In this document: positions 38,409 to 54,442 of the stretch, one piece after another
How the letters are laid out: every line of letters starts with the position of its first letter
Position numbering within the stretch: position 1 is the stretch's first letter
From: Microbotryum violaceum
Lineage: Eukaryota
Assembly: GCA_001244265.2 (NCBI GenBank)
Contig: CDLV01000005.1
Location: forward strand, 2,852,001 to 2,916,000
Reading direction: 5' to 3'
Length of the DNA: 64,000 nucleotides
Made by a program: the position numbers and the translations under genes
Notes under the pieces: model-generated
What the model saw: the letters and a program-made list of their open reading frames with translations, nothing else
What the model was told of the DNA's origin: nothing
Database searches by the model: none

Positions 38409-40755
38409 GGTGGGTGGACGAGATGGGGGGAGGGAGGGGGGGCGGAGGACTTTGGGGGAGAGTGTGAGGGGAAAGGAGAAGAAGAAAAGCGATAAGATCC
38501 CGGGCCGTTTGTAGAGACTACTCCGCAAGTCTCGTGCTCTTGACTCTGTCCCGCGGCGGTAAGGAGCGTGCGATTCCTATCGCACCGAAGCGCGAGACAA
38601 CGCTGCCGAGATCCGCCCGGCCAGTAGCGGGGGAGATCAACAGCCTCCTGACACCATTTTTAGTGCAAAGTGAATCCCAGGCTCAGGTGTGATCCGCGTT
38701 CATCACCTGGCGTGCTGCTCTCCGATTGGCTTGGCAATCTCATATTTAGTTTGGAGACAGCATGGTCGCCTTCGCTCGATGGTCGACCGCGTGGATCAAG
38801 ATGGCGCTAGCCCCCGTTCTGCCCGAGGAACGCCCTGACATTTGCACGCCACACGGCAGAGAGGTTTTTTCTCCCCCTCGGAGTTTCATAAGGTGCGAAT
38901 TGAAACATGATGCTCTGATCACTCTGCAGGAAATCGTTGGCACAAATATGTGAAACTAGTGTATAATGGGCCAAGACCAGCCCCCGTTCTCTCGTTTCCC
39001 AGCGCGAAAATCTGGAACAAGATGGGCGGCAATGCACTAGAACCGACGTCACCGATCACCGGCTTGAAAATGAGCGACGGTTAGGCCAAGCAGTTCGGCC
39101 GACGCCCGTTCGTAGCCTTTGGTGCCGAGCTTGTAAATTGCTGTGTAGTGCAAAACCCAGCCCAAAGGCGATGTCGCTGTCGCAAAAGATAGACCGACAG
39201 TTCCTTCGCGCGGCGGGCCGATTCGAGGCCTTCCGTCTCGCGCACAGGCCGGGGCAGGCGCATGAGGCCTGTTCACCACGCGGGAGAGGGGTGGAAAGGC
39301 TGCGCGGGGAACGAGCTGGCCATTGGCCAATCGGCCAATCGGATATTCCTTCTGCCCCTCCTGCTCTTTGACTTTGCCAATCACGAGAACGCTCAGGAGC
39401 CGAGCGTCGGTCGTGTTCAGCAGCATGCAACAATGTGGCACGGCAACGCATGATCGACTGTGCTCTCACCCTGCGCAGCGCTCGGTCGACATGGCCTTTT
39501 TCCTGGTTTTTCCTTCTCCGCGTTCTGGGCAACCGAGGCAATCCGACGGCGACGGCGTCGATAAGCCTGCCTCGTCCCACACTTTTTTTTGACGGGTTGC
39601 CGACGGTCTCCGGTACCGTTTGTTACCTCCCTAAACGCACTAACATAACAATCGCCATCTTGCGGGGTCGAAAGTCCGTGATAAGGAAATCCCCCGCTCT
39701 CCAGGAATGCCCGTGCGAGTTCTCGTCTGACGTCAAACCTTTCAGCGTCGAGCCGTCGGACACGAGCGCCGTGGTCAATGGCAAATCGCCAGCTTCTCCA
39801 AGTTGTCGGCTACATCAGATGCAAGTAATAAATGCCACTCGTACCTTGGAATTACGTCCTTCTGCTCGAACAGCTCCTTGATACATTTACTACGACCCAA
39901 ACTCTTCGGGGGTATTGCAATGGAACGTCACCTTACACCGAGCGCAAATTGAAGATTTCGTGGGCAGCGGTCCCCGTCTTTTTGACGAATGCACCTCGGG
40001 CAGGACGAATTGATGGATTCTTACATGCGCGAGAAGACGGCAAACCGCGCCGGGATTTCGCGGCAGTGCACATGCCCCTCATTCCTTTCAGCTAATAATA
40101 GGTCCTCGGACACACGCAGGTAAAATTAGGTCCTTTGTCATACCTGCCTGTGTCCCTCCCTACCTTGTGAAGATTCAGAGTGGCGTTGAGCACGTCCAGT
40201 ACGAAAGTGGCGACACGGATCCCTTCGGGCTGAGATAATCCCAGCTTTTCCGCGGGTAGCCGAGGTGGCGCGTGTGGCGTGTGAACGATCGCGCAGGGAT
40301 ATAAAGACGTGACTGTTGTCCGCCAGCTGCAGGGTCGACGATCTCCAGCGGAGTGTGAGAAACACGCTTCCATCTGCACCTCCACGAACACAAAATCACG
40401 TACATTTACCTGGGCTCAGTCTACTTACCGCCTTCTCAGCAACACCCAGATATTTTCTCTGTCATGTGCTTTGTCCCGCCTTTCGACTCGGTGAGCAAGC
40501 TCCCGTCGTCAACCTGCGAAGATCCGCGCTACTGCCTGCCCGGCAGATGGCTTTAATTCTATACATGGGTGACGGTACTACAATGCTAGTATAATGGAGA
40601 CCAAACTACTCTGGACTCTAACATTACTGTTATAAGTTAAATACTGCGAGGGTGATAAGAATAAGACGATAAAACTACCTATAAATCTAGAGGGAAACGC
40701 GAAGGTGAAGAGGCGTTGTACAGGAAACGGTTTCTGGGTGACCTCATCGGCTCCA

Positions 40756-42223
40756 TTAGTCCCAGGGTAAACGCCCGGAATATAAAGCATTCCCTCTTGG
40801 ACAGTATTCGAAGAGAGGTGCCAGTTCAGGGACTGTGCCAGATAGGCGACGGCGACTATAAAGTCAGAGCATGCTTCACTTTTAATCTCCGTCCCTTACG
40901 CACCTGAAGAATGGTACGGGTGAAACCGTCGATACGGATTCCTCTTTCTCCTTTTGGCGAGGAGGACGCCTCTGCAAGCGTAGGAATCCCTGATGAAAGG
41001 TTCGAGACCGCCTTGTCGCTCGCCTTGGTAGTCGGCTTCGACGTCGTGGTCGTTATCGATACCGATGTACTTGAAGGCTGTCGAAGGCCATCGTAGAGCG
41101 GCACGATGCACGTCTTGGTATCGCTTGCGCTTCATGCCATAGCCTATCGTGGTGACTGTAAAAAGGAAAGCGGTCCACCGTCAGTAATGGCTTCTCCGGA
41201 CCTACCTTGCGAGAAAACTTACTCTGAGTCGGGTAATGGCCCGTGAATCTGGGCAAAGTACAAGAAGTCAGCCCAAGTTGACCAACGTTCTGACCCACAA
41301 ACGAATCTAATGTACTCTTTGAACCTGGCAATAGAGAACAATAAATTCTGGAACGAGTCCAACGCATAATCCTATAAGAAAAATTTCCGGAGCTGTTAAA
41401 CAACGAATTCCTTCCACGCGTGAGCCCGTCCCACTCCTCACCTCAGTCGTAACTCGTTCGAAAGGCAGATTCTTCTCCGCCAGCTTCAAATACTTCTCGT
41501 ACACGTTCCCGGCCTCTGCCAACCTCGCATAACTCGTCGCCTCACTGATCGTCGCCCCATGTCGCGTCATCCCACCCGAATAAATCAATAACGCATCAGG
41601 ATCCTTACCGGCGATCTCGGCGCCTTTGGCGATATGTTTCAGGTAGGCTCGGACATCGCCGTTCTTTTGGAAGGGTTCGAGAATCCAGTCTTGGTCTAAG
41701 GAGGCGCGTGAGGCGTTGGAACCGAGCCAGATCGCGTGGCCTGGGATCATGACGAGGTGCTTGAGCGGGGCTCGTGAAGTCGGTAAGGTTGCTCGGAGAG
41801 ATAGGGGCACCAGGGTATCGGGTGTGGGTCGTCGGAAGATCTGTTGGTTGGTCGTAGTAACACGAGCACAAAGATTAATGCGCTATTCCCGCACAAACGC
41901 CAGAGAGCAAGGGAATCTACCTGCTGGTCGAGGTAGAGTCGAACATTGAGAAGGATGGAAAAGACCGAGACGAGGGCGAGAAGCAATACAGCAAAGTTGG
42001 TTATGCGACTTCGTTTCGTCAAACTATTCCAATCGAACAGGATAGTAGCCGATGCCGAGATGGGAGCGGCCGTAGGGAAACCCAATCCGTTCAAGTCGAA
42101 CTTCTCATCGGCGCTGGCGTTGGTGCCGAGTGACGAGGACCGGAACCACGGGCGGCCAGAACGTGACCGGCCGCCGGAGAATGTCGGGGACGTGTGGCTC
42201 ATGTAGGCGTCTTGATTGATCAT
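40756..42223 (-). CDS. DUF218-like (yeast YOR238W-like) protein with one N-terminal transmembrane helix
   Basis: HLVMIPGHAIW..WILEPFQ, LLIYSGGMTR..SEATSY, TTE|DYALDSFQNLLFSIARFKEY, ITVVGYGMKRKRY..HRAALRWP, KRRKRNPYRRFHPY. Alternative ATG at 42202. Confidence 0.8.
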
Positions 42224-42641
42224 CTTGACTAGACGCGACTTTTTCGCTGCATAACCATGCGATAAGGGTACACCAGATAGGAGGAAGGGCCCGCGTGACG
42301 AGGTTGAGGATCGTCGTGGGGCTGAACCTTTGTTGAGCCGTCGGCGACGACCACGCCGTGCCAGATGGCGAGAGCGCGAGCGAATGCGACGAGCTGACGG
42401 CGATCGCGAAGGAGGCCCGACGCGATTCAGGGCGAGCCCACAACGAGCTCGAAGCCACCCTGAGGGGACGAGGGCGTGTCGCTCTTGCTACTACCTCTTA
42501 TTCCGTTCGTGAATACTCTAGGTGAAAGACGCGGGCAGATTGAGAGAGGGGAGAGACCGAGAGAGAGAGCCGGAGCAGCCTCCTGCGAGCTCGCGAGTCG
42601 AGACGTGTTGGCACCGTGGGAAGCCACGTTGATCTCGAACG

Positions 42642-42993
42642 TGTGAATTGACAACCTCCTGTGTTTCCTTCTCGCATCATGTCTCCTTTTCTCCGTCTCG
42701 TTTTACTTCCTTTGACCTGCCTTTCACACCTTAGCTCTCTTCCTTTCTGGGCTGGGTCCGTGCGCCTGACACAGGTGGCTGGCCCAGCTGCGCGCTCACC
42801 CGAGCCAACTGGCTCCGCGCTTCTCTTTCTCCTGCTCAAGCAACTTCTTGGTCTGGTCTCCTTGGTCCGTCGATCAGAGCCTTACCACCGCTTGAGCAGG
42901 TGTGTAATTTAAAGCAACTTCTTGGTCTGGTCTCCTTGGTCCGTCAATCAGAGCCTTACCACCGCTTGAGCAGGTGTTCGTCGCAACTTCACA
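42642..42993 (+). repeat. Copia 5' LTR (352 bp, with an internal ~63-bp duplication)
   Basis: About 4 substitutions versus the 3' LTR over the shared part. AAGCAACTTCTTGG...GAGCAGGTG occurs twice (~42838 and ~42912). Confidence 0.92.
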
Positions 42994-43453
42994 GGTTATA
43001 AGCCCATACGTCCTACCAGCGCGGCCACCCCGTGTCCGCCCTTGCCTGTCGATTTTTTTTCGCGCCCTTCGCACGGCCCAGCCTGGCCCGGCGCTCCGCA
43101 CGACTCCGCATACCTGCGGCCGACGGCACTGACGCGGCCGGCGATACCAACTCCGTCGGCCCCACCACGACGCTCGCGGTTCCCCCACCGCGCCCACCCA
43201 CGCAGGTTGCAGCCTTCGCCGCTTCCGACCTCCTCCGCGACGCCAATGGCTATCAGGACTGGGTCCTCACGCTGTGCTCCGGCTACCGTCCGGCGTCCTC
43301 GACTATCTCCAGTCCGGCGTCCCTCACCCATCCTGGCCACCGTCCTATGTCCCCCTGTGGGATCATTACGCCCGCGCCTCCATCTGCGCCGCCGTCGACC
43401 CCCGGATGGTTCTTCCCGGCCTCGCCCGATATTTTGGCGATCCTCACAGCGGT

Positions 43454-43807
43454 CACAAGATTTGGGTGGCTCTGCGCACGCGATACGGTGCCATCTCGGC
43501 AGTCGACCTTCTCCCTGTCGTCTCTCGGCTCTTCAGTTCCGAACCCATGCCAGACACTTCCGACGCGTTCCTCCAGTTCCGCGATCGCTTCGAGAACGAC
43601 TCCCGCCTCCTGAACGACTCCAAGGTCACGACGGATTCTCTACTCGCGTCCCACTTGCTTGCCCGGATGCCCCCTTCTCTTTCCGCCTGGCGTACGACCT
43701 TCGTCAACTCTCAGGGTACGTCCAGTACACTACCCCCGCGGCCGAGATCCTCGACCGTATTTATCGTGAGATCAAGGCTCGCCCGGTCGACTCACCTGCC
43801 GTCGCTT

Positions 43808-43838
<31 letters not shown>

Positions 43839-44334
43839 TGTGAAGTTGCGACGACTGCAGCCTTGCGGGCACGGAAGGCGGCGGCCCAGGCGGTGTCGGG
43901 ACAATCCCTGAGCCAGTGCATCTTGCGACAGGAGGGGTTGGGGCAGGGTCCGTGAGGGGCGCGTTGTTGGGAGGCAGCAACAGCGACGGCAGGTGAGTCG
44001 ACCGGGCGAGCCTTGATCTCACGATAAATACGGTCGAGGATCTCGGCCGCGGGGGTAGTGTACTGGACGTACCCTGAGAGTTGACAAAGGTTGTACGCCA
44101 GGCGGAAAGAGAAGGGGGCATCCGGGCAAGCAAGTGGGACGCGAGTAGAGAATCCGTCGTGACCTTGGAGTCGTTCAGGAGGCGGGAGTCGTTCTCGAAG
44201 CGATCGCGGAACTGGAGGAACGCGTCGGAAGTGTCTGGCATGGGTTCGGAACTGAAGAGCCGAGAGACGACAGGGAGAAGGTCGACTGCCGAGACGGCAC
44301 CGTATCGCGTGCGCAGAGCCACCCAAATCTTGTG
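43454..44334. repeat. 353-bp inverted repeat of copia gag (43454-43806 / 43982-44334) with a 175-bp spacer
   Basis: Near-identical peptides on opposite strands (HKIWVALRTRYG...ARPVDSPAVA); about 3 mismatches by eye. Confidence 0.93.
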
Positions 44335-46396
44335 GCCGCCAACATTTACCCTGACCAGGTAGACCACTCTGAGCCTTTGTTCGTTGCTCCCCCTCGCTCT
44401 CTGATGCCTCGCGCTGAGCTTCCTGGACCTGTGCCCGCTGCCTCTGACCAAGGCCTGCGCCGTCCCTCCCTGGCCCGTGACATCCCTGACCAGGACTCAT
44501 GTGCGCCTCCTGCCTCTGACCAAGGCTCCCCCACATCCCAAGCTGGTGACCACTTTAACCAGGACTCTCCAACCTCCTGTGCCTCTGACCAGGGCAGCTC
44601 TGACTCGGCCACCTCCATGCCCTGTCCATCACCCCAACCGGTAGCTCCATGTCCTTTGCCTGCGCTGCCCTTGCCTGCTCAATCCGTATCGGCCAACCCC
44701 ATCAACCTCTTGCCATGCTCGGGTGATGTTGCTTCCATTTGCCTTGCGCAGGATTTCCCTGACGACCTGGATGCTGCGCTTCACTCGCCTTCGCCCGCCG
44801 CCTACCTCGCCTCTGGAGCCGCTGCTCTGCTCTCCACCTCGCTCGCTGACCCGTCGGAACTGATCGCACCTGCCCGGGACCCTCCTCACTGGCGCGCTGC
44901 AATGGCATCCCCGCAAGCAGACGAGTGGCATCTCGCTGCCCAGGCCAAATTCGACTCGCTATCCCGCGATTTCTCGGCCTTCACACCCATTGATGAGTCT
45001 CTTGTGCCCGTGGACTCTAAGGTTCTCGGTTCACGCTTTGTCTTCCGCACGAAACGCGACCAACACGGCTGTATCAAGCCTTACAAAGGCCAACTGGTTG
45101 CTCGCGGTGACTCTCAGCGTTCAGGCATTGACTTCGACGAGACCTTTGCACCCGTCGCCAAGTTCACCTCCATTCACGCACTCCTGGCCCTTGCAGCCGC
45201 TCATGGGTACCACGTCCACCAGGCTGACATTGACAAGGCCTATCTCCACTGTAAACTGGACACGCCTCTGTACATTCGCGTGCCCGAAGGGATCTACATG
45301 CCCGGCAAGGTCCTCTAGCTGCACCGGTCCCTCTACGGTTTGCGCCAGGCTGGACGTATCTGGAACGACAAGATTGACTCCGCTTTGTCGGCTCTTGGCT
45401 ACGTCGCCACGGAGTCTGACCACTGTGTTTATGTCCAAACTGCCGGTGATGAGCACCACTATATTGCGCTCTACGTCGATGACTTGCTCATGATCAGCCC
45501 TTCCCTCCCAGAGATCGAGCGTACCCTCCAGGGCCTCGAGCAGCGCTATGGTGTCAAACGCCTTGGTGAGGCAGAGTACGTCCTTGGTATCCAGATTCGG
45601 CGTTCTGCCGATGGCGCCATCTCCCTCAGTCAAGAGCAGTACCTCAAGGATGTCCTTGCTCATTTTGGTATGTCCAATGCCCACCCTGTCGCCACGCCCA
45701 TGCAGGCCAATCTCCGCCTCGAAGTCGAGCTTCAGCCCACCCCATTCCCGGATCGCACTCGGTACCTGCAGGCAATTGGCTCGCTCATGTACGCATCGAC
45801 CGGTACTCACCCCGACCTGGCCTACACCGTCGGTTACTTGGCTCGGTTCTCTCAGTCACCATCTGCCGCTGCCTGGGGCTGTCACAAATGGAAGTTCGCC
45901 ACTCCGAGTTCGGCCTCTCAGCACTCTCGTCATCCGCGTGACCTCGGCCTTCCCGTGCCTCGGACCTCATCTCCCCGCTTTGGCACCTGCACTGCTTTCT
46001 TTCTCCTCCAACTACACTTTCACAACCCTCTTGCCCCCGACTCTTACGTAATCATCAGCCAAGCTGTATTACGTGATCCTTAGCCTCAACACTATTACGT
46101 GATCCTCGTGCCTCGCCTCCTCAAGCTCGCCACCTCGTCCCCGACTCCTCTGGTTTAGTTCCCCCTTTCCGTAGCTTACTTCTCTCTTTCCCTTCTGCAA
46201 CTCGAATCTCGTCAAAGGTCACATCCTTGCACTCGTCCCTCGTCCTCGTCTCTCTTGAGAAGTCCCTAGAACCTCTCTCGACTTGTCCCGCGTCCCTCGC
46301 CTCTCGTCTCGAGTCCCTTCGTCCGGCTCATCCCTCCTATCTTTGTCCTTCGTGATAGAAGATTCGAGTTGCCAGGTTCTACCGACTTGCTTCACC

Positions 46397-47433
46397 ATGT
46401 CCTCCAACCCTCCTTCCATCGAAGAACTCCAGGCTGCGCTCGCCGCCCGCAACGCCGCCCTAGCTTCTCGCGAAGCGGAAATCGCCAACCTCCACGCTGA
46501 AGGCCACGCTCTACAGCAGACCTATCAAGCGGTTTTGGACAACTTCAACATCGTCAAGAAGCTCACCGACACCCTCCAGCACACTCCCAAGCCCAAGTCA
46601 CCGTTGGAGAAGCCGCCTGCCTATGATGGCAAGGACAAGACCGCTTACTCTACGTTCGTATCTCAGTGCAAGTTCTACATCTATGGCAACCCAACTCTCT
46701 TCACTACGGATGAGGCGAAGATTGCTTTCATGATTTCCCTCCTCCGCAACAGTGCCTACAAGGTCTTCGAACCCTACATCGAGCTCGCCGACGAGAAGCG
46801 CCCCCACTTCCTCAAGGACTTCCCCGCCTTCCTCGAACAGGCCCAGCTCTACCTCGGCAACCCCGATCGCAACCACACCATCACCAACAAGTTGCGCGCC
46901 CTTACTCAAACCGGATCTGCCGCTGCCTATGCGAGTACCTTCTTTCAGCTCTCTGCTTTCCTTGCTTGGAATGATGCCGCTTTGCAGGCCCAGTACTACG
47001 CCGGCCTCAAGCCCGACGTTCGTAACATGCTCAGCCTCCAAGACGACCCTACCTCGGTTGCCGACCTCTCCGCCAAAGCTATCAGGGCCGACAACCGTCT
47101 TCATCAAAGTCGTCAAGAAGCGAAGGCGACCGCCAAGCCTCACTCACAACACCCTCAGCAACGCGGCAACTCGGCTTCGCTGCCGACCCGCGTCACCACG
47201 AATGGCACAACCCAGGGCCCCACTCCCATGGACGCCGACACCACGACCACTCGTAGGGCTCCTCTCACCCCTCAAGAACGCGAACAACGTCTCAAGAACA
47301 ACCTCTGCCTTTACTGCGGCGAAGGTGGCCACCAGGTCAGCTCTTGCCCCGCCGCTCCAAGGAAGTATCCAGGACGTCGTGCTGACAACGCCACTTTCTC
47401 CATCACAGATGCCGCTGCCCCCTCTAGCATTTC

Positions 47434-47443
<10 letters not shown>
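46397..47443 (+). CDS. gag: Gypsy Gag (retrotransposon gag domain plus CCHC knuckle)
   Basis: [61 protein letters not shown]. Confidence 0.93.
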
Positions 47444-51127
<3,684 letters not shown>

Positions 51128-52183
51128 CCCGGGGGTACTGTCACAAATGGAAGTTCGCCACTCCGAGTTCGGCCTCTCAGCACTCTCGTCATCCGCGTGA
51201 CCTCGGCCTTCCCGTGCCTCGGACCTCATCTCCCCGCTTCGGCACCTGCACTGCTTTCTTTCTCCTCCAACTACACTTTCACAACCCTCTCGCCCCCGAC
51301 TCTTACGTAATCATCAGCCAAGCTGTATTACGTGATCCTTAGCCTCAACACTATTACGTGATCCTCGTGCCTCGCCTCCTCAAGCTCGCCACCTCGTCCC
51401 CGACTCCTCTGGTTTAGTTCCCCCTTTCCGTAGCTTACTTCTCTCTTTCCCTTCTGCAACTCGAATCTCGTCAAAGGTCACATCCTTGCACTCGTCCCTC
51501 GTCCTCGTCTCTCTTGAGAAGTCCCTAGAACCTCTCTCGACTTGTCCCGCGTCCCTCGCCTCTCGTCTCGAGTCCCTTCGTCCGGCTCATCCCTCCTATC
51601 TTTGTCCTTCGTGATAGGGGCGCTGTCAAGCACACTTTTCGCTACCTCGCTGGCACTCTGTCTCACGGCCTCCGCTACACTCGCGTGGATCCAGCGCCCT
51701 TGGTTGGCTACTCCGACTGTAACTGGGGTGCTTGCGTCCTATCTTCAAAGTCGACCATGGGTTACACCTTTGTCTTCGCAGGCGCGGCCGTCTCGTGGTC
51801 ATCTCGCCTCCAGTCCCGGGTTGCCGACTCTACTTGCGACGCCGAGTACCTTGCCTTGTCACACGCTGGCAAGGAGGCTATCTTCTTGCGTCAACTCTTC
51901 GGTGAGCTTGGGCTTCCTTCCTCCCAACCTGTCCTCATCTATGGCAACAACCAAGGCGCCAACGCTCTCACCAAGAATCCGGTCTTCCACGCTCGCACCC
52001 GGCACATTCGTCTCCGCGAACGCTTTGTCCGGGATATGGTCTCCCTGGGCGACATCAGTGTCCAGTATCGCCACCGGCGAGATGACGGCCGATATTTTCA
52101 CCAAGGTTTTGTCTCGCGACCTGTTTGCTCGGCATCGCGGTCGACTTGGTGTCTGCTCTCCCTGATACTCGAAGTCGGGGGGG

Positions 52184-52457
52184 TGTGAATTGACAACCTC
52201 CTGTGCTTCCTTCTCGCATCATGTCTCCTTTTCTCGGTCTCGTTTTACTTCCTTTGACCTGCCTTTCACACCTTAGCTCTCTTCCTTTCTGGGCTGGGTC
52301 CGTGCGCCTGACACAGGCGGCTGGCCCAGCTGCGCGCTCACCCGAGCCAACTGGCTCCGCGCTTCTCTTTCTCCTGCTCAAGCAACTTCTTGGTCTGGTC
52401 TCCTTAGTCCGTCGATCAGAGCCTTACCACCGCTTGAGCAGTCGTCGCAACTTCACA
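52184..52457 (+). repeat. Copia 3' LTR (274 bp)
   Basis: Direct repeat of the 5' LTR, TG...CA, followed by TSD GAACG. Confidence 0.92.
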
Positions 52458-53363
52458 GAACGCCGCAACCGGCGACGAGGGCCTACGCGAACGATGGGCC
52501 AACCGGCCGACGCCGACGCGCGCGCCAGCTCGCGCCAGTTTGACTGGCGCAGTCCAGTCTAGTCCAGTCGCGCGCCCGGCCAAGGCCCGGCCCGGACTCG
52601 AAGGTGCTCCCAACTGTGCTTGCTTTATCGCCCATTCAGACTTTCACCAGCTTCATTTCTAACCTCGACAGCGACAAAAGACGACGGTATATTTTGTAGA
52701 GGAAGAAGTTTCGCGTCTTCAATCATCACATTTTGAAGTTGACTGCAGTGTCGGCCGCGGCATTGCCCGGACCAGCTCGCTGCCATTCCATTACTAGCGA
52801 TCAGGTGTGCCCTTAGCCTGAGACTACACAGGTAGAACACACGGAAAATACAGCCGAAAATCGCGGTGCGACCTCGTCAGAGGATGGACAGTGACTTCAT
52901 GAGCTGAGATCCGGCCATCAACCATCAGCTGAGCAGTCAAACGCGCGGGCGACTGACTATAAGCCGATGATGTGACGGAGAAGGTGGACTGTATTGTGTA
53001 GGACCGAGAACGCCAATAGTTTGATCTCATATTAGACCCGATTCACGGTGTTTCCCTTTCTCTCGCAAAAAAACCATCACAACTAAGTCGCACGAGCCCA
53101 TTGCCATCCCCAGAATCACATGACCCTCGACGTCGCACGAAGCTCTCGAGTAACCTCGCTCGACTCATCAAGTCGACCAGTAATATTATGTTGTCTTCGT
53201 GAAGAACAGCCGCCCGCAGCCAAGCGAAGGGGTGAGCGTCATTTTTTTTGGTTTTGGATTTCGCATTTCGATCCCCATACAGTCCCAGGGAAGCTAAAGC
53301 GGACCCCTTCCTATACATCCAGCCAGTCACCTCGCCCACAACCTCCACTCGAAGTTCCAAAGT

Positions 53364-54442
53364 TTACGAACGTCCAGCAGCAGCGACGGCGGCGACGGCA
53401 GCGGGGGAGATCTTCTTGCCGTCCTTGTTGAAGCGCATTCGGGGAGGGGGAGCGCGGTTGCGGCGGCCCTCGACGGAGCGCACGCGCACGACGTGCGAGT
53501 GGATGGCGCACGAGATGCAGTAGACGATCTTGAGGTAGATCTTGGGGAGGACGTATTCTGTTCAAAAGAGTCAAGTTGGATCCGCGGGTTAGACGAGGCA
53601 GGCACGGGTCGACGATGAAGGGTGCGAAACTGACCGGTGTAGACGGAGGCGTCCGAAAGATCACGGATGGCAGCCGACTCGATCATGTTGCGAACGGTGA
53701 ATCGTCGCACGGCCTTGTCCTGAGAGACGGGAAGAAAAAGTTCATTAGGGCGGGTTTTTGCTCATCGGTCCAGCACCGGGATGAAGCTTACTTTGGGGCA
53801 CATGCGCGAGCAGTTGGAGCAACGAACTCCAACGACGTGGCCGCGACCGTTCTTGTTGCGTCCTCCGTTTCTTCTCTTCTTAGTCACTGTAGAGGGCAAA
53901 TCCCATGTGGTCAGGGCCATGTATTCCATCAGACAGTCGTGGTAGGCTGTGGATCGTCGTCGTTGTCGCTGTCGGGCGTGGTGGGCTGGCGCGCTTCGCT
54001 GCTCGCTGGGCTTGAACTGGGCCCGGCGGGGTTGCTCCGCTGCTGGGCGCGCCATCGAAAAACGACATCGACCAATGCTGCAACCACCACACCCTCATGC
54101 ACCTCCACTTCCCGTCAATCCGTTTGCATCAATCAACCAATCGTGCTCCACCCCTTCGCTGTCCTGCATCCCAAGCCTCGAATCGAGCACAGGCGTCGAG
54201 GAAAAACGAGGGGCATAGGCGTTGTGAGCGCGCTGCTCAGCCAGGCGCGGAGGACGCAACGAATGGCCCAGGCAGAAAAGTCCCGGGCGTAGGCTAAGCG
54301 CTGAGTTCGAATCCGACCACCTCTCTCCTCCCACGCGGTACAGCGAAAGCGTGGTGCGAAGCAGTGAATGAGGACGAGCAAAGGTCGGAGAGGTGGGAAG
54401 CGTCGCAGAGAGGTTCTGTAGTTGGGTAGGGGAAGGCTTACT
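53364..54442 (-). CDS. RPS26: 40S ribosomal protein eS26
   Basis: [55 protein letters not shown]|..[25 protein letters not shown]. Start codon appears split A|TG by intron 53887-54441. Confidence 0.95.

Noticed and set aside
40400-40440. ACATTTACCTGG resembling the U1 snRNA 5' end
   Set aside because: It mismatches ATACTTACCTGG, and no U1 stem-loops or correctly placed Sm site were seen.
38950-40600. CTAGT(G)TATAATGG at ~38957 and ~40587 as Helitron 3' ends
   Set aside because: There is no convincing GC-rich subterminal hairpin or matching 5' TC terminus.
38500-40700. Short ORFs and scattered GATAAG/CCAAT motifs in the long region upstream of OPT copy B
   Set aside because: The ORFs lack codon bias and recognisable motifs, and motif density is not clearly above chance. 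Treated as ordinary promoter or intergenic DNA.
54290-54325. GTTCGAATCC (tRNA T-loop/B-box-like) in the RPS26 intron
   Set aside because: No T-stem, acceptor stem or cloverleaf can be formed, so it is not a tRNA.
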